Source: an uncultured Actinomycetes bacterium
GTDB taxonomy: Bacteria; Actinomycetota; UBA4738; HRBIN12
Length of the DNA stretch: 64,000 nt
Direction: 5' to 3'
Assembly: GCA_963704725.1 (NCBI GenBank)
Contig: OY969934.1
Coordinates: 320,001-384,000, forward strand
This document shows, in pieces, positions 62,185 to 64,000 of this stretch. The notes beneath the pieces are model-generated. The model was not told where the DNA came from and ran no database searches. It saw nothing but the letters and a program-made list of their open reading frames with translations. Made by a program: the position numbers and the translations under genes. Each line of letters starts with the position of its first letter. Within the stretch, counting starts at the first letter, position 1.

Positions 62185-63402
62185 ATGCCGGAGCTGATCA
62201 GGGTCTACGGGGCCAGCTGGTGCCCCGACTGTCGTCGAGCCAAACGGTTCCTCGGCGACCAGCGCGTCCCGTTCGAGTGGCACGACATCGAGGTCGATCC
62301 CGACGGCGTTCGGGTCGTCCAGGAGCGCAACAACGGGAACAACATCATCCCGACGATCGTCTTCCCAGACGGCACGCACCTCGCCGAGCCCACGAACGAG
62401 CAGCTCGCCGAGAAGATCGGCCTCGAGCGCGCCGCGATGATGCACGTCTACGACCTCATCGTCATCGGGGGCGGCCCGGCCGGTCTCACCACCTCGATCT
62501 ACGCGGCGCGCGAGAACCTCCGGACGCTCGTGATCGACAGCAAGGGCCTCGGCGGCCAGGCCGGTGTCACCGAGCGCCTGGACAACTACCCAGGCTTCCC
62601 CGAGGGCATCGGCGGCGCCGAGCTGGCCGACCGCATCGTCAAGCAGGCGCGCCGCTACGGGGTGGAGATGCTCCAGGCGGTCTCGGTCACGCAGGTCTCG
62701 AGCGACGGCGAGCAGGTCGACGTCGAGACCGCGACCGGCGACCACTACCACGCCCGCGCCGCGCTCCTGGCCACCGGCTCCTCCTACCGACGCACGGGTG
62801 CGCCCGGCGAGGCGGACCTGATCGGCGCCGGCGTCCACTTCTGCGCCACGTGCGACGGCCCCTTCTACAAGGGGGCGGAGCAGCTCGTCGTCCTGGGCGG
62901 CGGCAACAGCGGGCTCGAGGAGGGACTGTTCCTCACCCAGTTCGCGGATCGGGTGACGATCGTCCAGCGCGGGGATCGCCTGACGGCCGGCAAGCTGCTC
63001 CAGGACAAGGTGAGCCGGCATCCCAAGATGGAGGTGCTGCTGAACCGCGAGGTCGTGGAGTTCCGGCCGAAAGGGGACGGGAGCGGCAAGCTCGGCGCCA
63101 TGGTGCTGCGGCGCTCCGAGACCGGGGAGACCGAGGAGCTCCACCCGGCGGCCGCCTTCGTCTTCATCGGTCTGGACGCGAACACCGGGTTCGTGAAGGG
63201 CGTCGTCGACCTGGACGAGCGGGGGCTCATCGTCACCGGCATGGGGTGCTCGACCAGCATGCCGGGCGTCTTCGCCGCGGGGGACGTCCGGGCCGGCTCG
63301 ACGAAGCAGCTGGCCTCGGCCGTCGGCGAGGGGGCCGCCGCCGCCATCGCCATCCGTCAGTACCTCGAGGCCCAGGAGGCCAAGCCCGTCCACACGATGT
63401 GA
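62185..63402 (+). CDS. Glutaredoxin/mycoredoxin-like domain fused to thioredoxin reductase
   Basis: WCPDC..IPT; GGGPAG, CATCDG, GGGNSG, FAAGD. Confidence 0.9.
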   Translation: MPELIRVYGASWCPDCRRAKRFLGDQRVPFEWHDIEVDPDGVRVVQERNNGNNIIPTIVFPDGTHLAEPTNEQLAEKIGLERAAMMHVYDLIVIGGGPAGLTTSIYAARENLRTLVIDSKGLGGQAGVTERLDNYPGFPEGIGGAELADRIVKQARRYGVEMLQAVSVTQVSSDGEQVDVETATGDHYHARAALLATGSSYRRTGAPGEADLIGAGVHFCATCDGPFYKGAEQLVVLGGGNSGLEEGLFLTQFADRVTIVQRGDRLTAGKLLQDKVSRHPKMEVLLNREVVEFRPKGDGSGKLGAMVLRRSETGETEELHPAAAFVFIGLDANTGFVKGVVDLDERGLIVTGMGCSTSMPGVFAAGDVRAGSTKQLASAVGEGAAAAIAIRQYLEAQEAKPVHTM

Positions 63403-63418
63403 ACCCAAGGAGCGCGTC

Positions 63419-63622
63419 GTGAACCCCAAGGAGATCTTCGAGCTGATCGTGAAGGCCGACGAGAAGCTGAAGTACGCGACCGCCGGCAAGCAGGACGTCC
63501 GGCGGCAGCAGGCGATCGACCTGCTGAAGCAGGCGCGGGCCTCGGCCGTGGAGATCGGGAACGACCCGCTGGTGCAGCAGGCCGACACGCGGCTGGCCGA
63601 CCTGGGTGAGTCGTCGTCGTGA
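63419..63622 (+). CDS. Small helical hypothetical protein
   Basis: RBS AAGGAG; GTGA overlap with the next gene. Confidence 0.7.
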   Translation: MNPKEIFELIVKADEKLKYATAGKQDVRRQQAIDLLKQARASAVEIGNDPLVQQADTRLADLGESSS

Positions 63623-64000
63623 CCGAACGCCGTCCCACCCCGCTCGACCCCACTCCCGAGCCGCGTCCTGAGGAAGCCTCCGGCGACGAGAAGGCCTACC
63701 CGCCCGAGCTCGGCACCGACGCGATCGCGATCCTCGAGGGTCGGACGTTCATGTTCTCGAACTCGGCGGGCGACATCCCGCCGGGCTCGACCGGCGGCCT
63801 GCTCCACGACGACACCCGCTTCGTCTCGTGCTGGGAGCTGACGCTGAACGGCCGTCCGCTCTCGGTCCTGAAGTCGAGCGTCGTCGACTACTACTCGGCC
63901 GCGTTCTTCCTCACGAACCCCGAGCTCCCCGGCCTGCGCCCGAACAGCCTGACGATCCGCCGCTTCCGGTTCGTCGGCGGCGGCGTCCACGAGCAGATCG
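63619..64000 (+). CDS. Glycogen-debranching/amylo-alpha-1,6-glucosidase N-terminus (runs off window)
   Basis: ILEGRTFMFS..GDI..GLLHDDTRFVS.W.LTLNG. Confidence 0.8.
   Translation, partial: MTERRPTPLDPTPEPRPEEASGDEKAYPPELGTDAIAILEGRTFMFSNSAGDIPPGSTGGLLHDDTRFVSCWELTLNGRPLSVLKSSVVDYYSAAFFLTNPELPGLRPNSLTIRRFRFVGGGVHEQI

Overview
High-GC, actinobacterial-looking chromosomal window. The phylum is inferred from composition, leaderless genes and LexA/PafBC/SigG-type promoter motifs. I found no rRNA, tRNA, CRISPR array, integrase or transposase. At least nine genes carry 1-bp frameshifts, more likely long-read assembly errors than true decay. Layout: (i) 1-9.2 kb, sugar uptake and catabolism (ABC transporter, secreted GH114 coupled to GH4, SDR, UlaG-like hydrolase, MDR, PfkB); (ii) 10.2-16.9 kb, a TetR-associated lipid operon (fatty acyl reductase-HAD fusion, MDR, LarA-like protein, PlsC) resembling a split version of the myxobacterial ether-lipid (elb) cluster, flanked by lower-GC toxin-antitoxin-like islets; (iii) 18-51 kb, an accessory hot spot with an ~8.8-kb block bracketed by a duplicated gene 3' end (LuxR-ATPase regulator plus three promoters sharing one motif, ftsH, a degenerate kinase, hemerythrin), a DUF6036/HTH module, four DHFR-like paralogs, a DUF222-HNH gene behind PafBC and LexA motifs, an ECF/YciI pair and several gene remnants; (iv) 52-64 kb, stand-alone rpsD, glgP, a cyclase-STAND ATPase-OppA-like fusion, gnd, pgi, a redoxin-TrxR fusion and the start of a debranching enzyme. 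Best candidates for an undescribed system are the elb-like operon, the cyclase-STAND-SBP protein and the LuxR-ATPase regulon. All family calls come from motif recognition by eye, not database searches.
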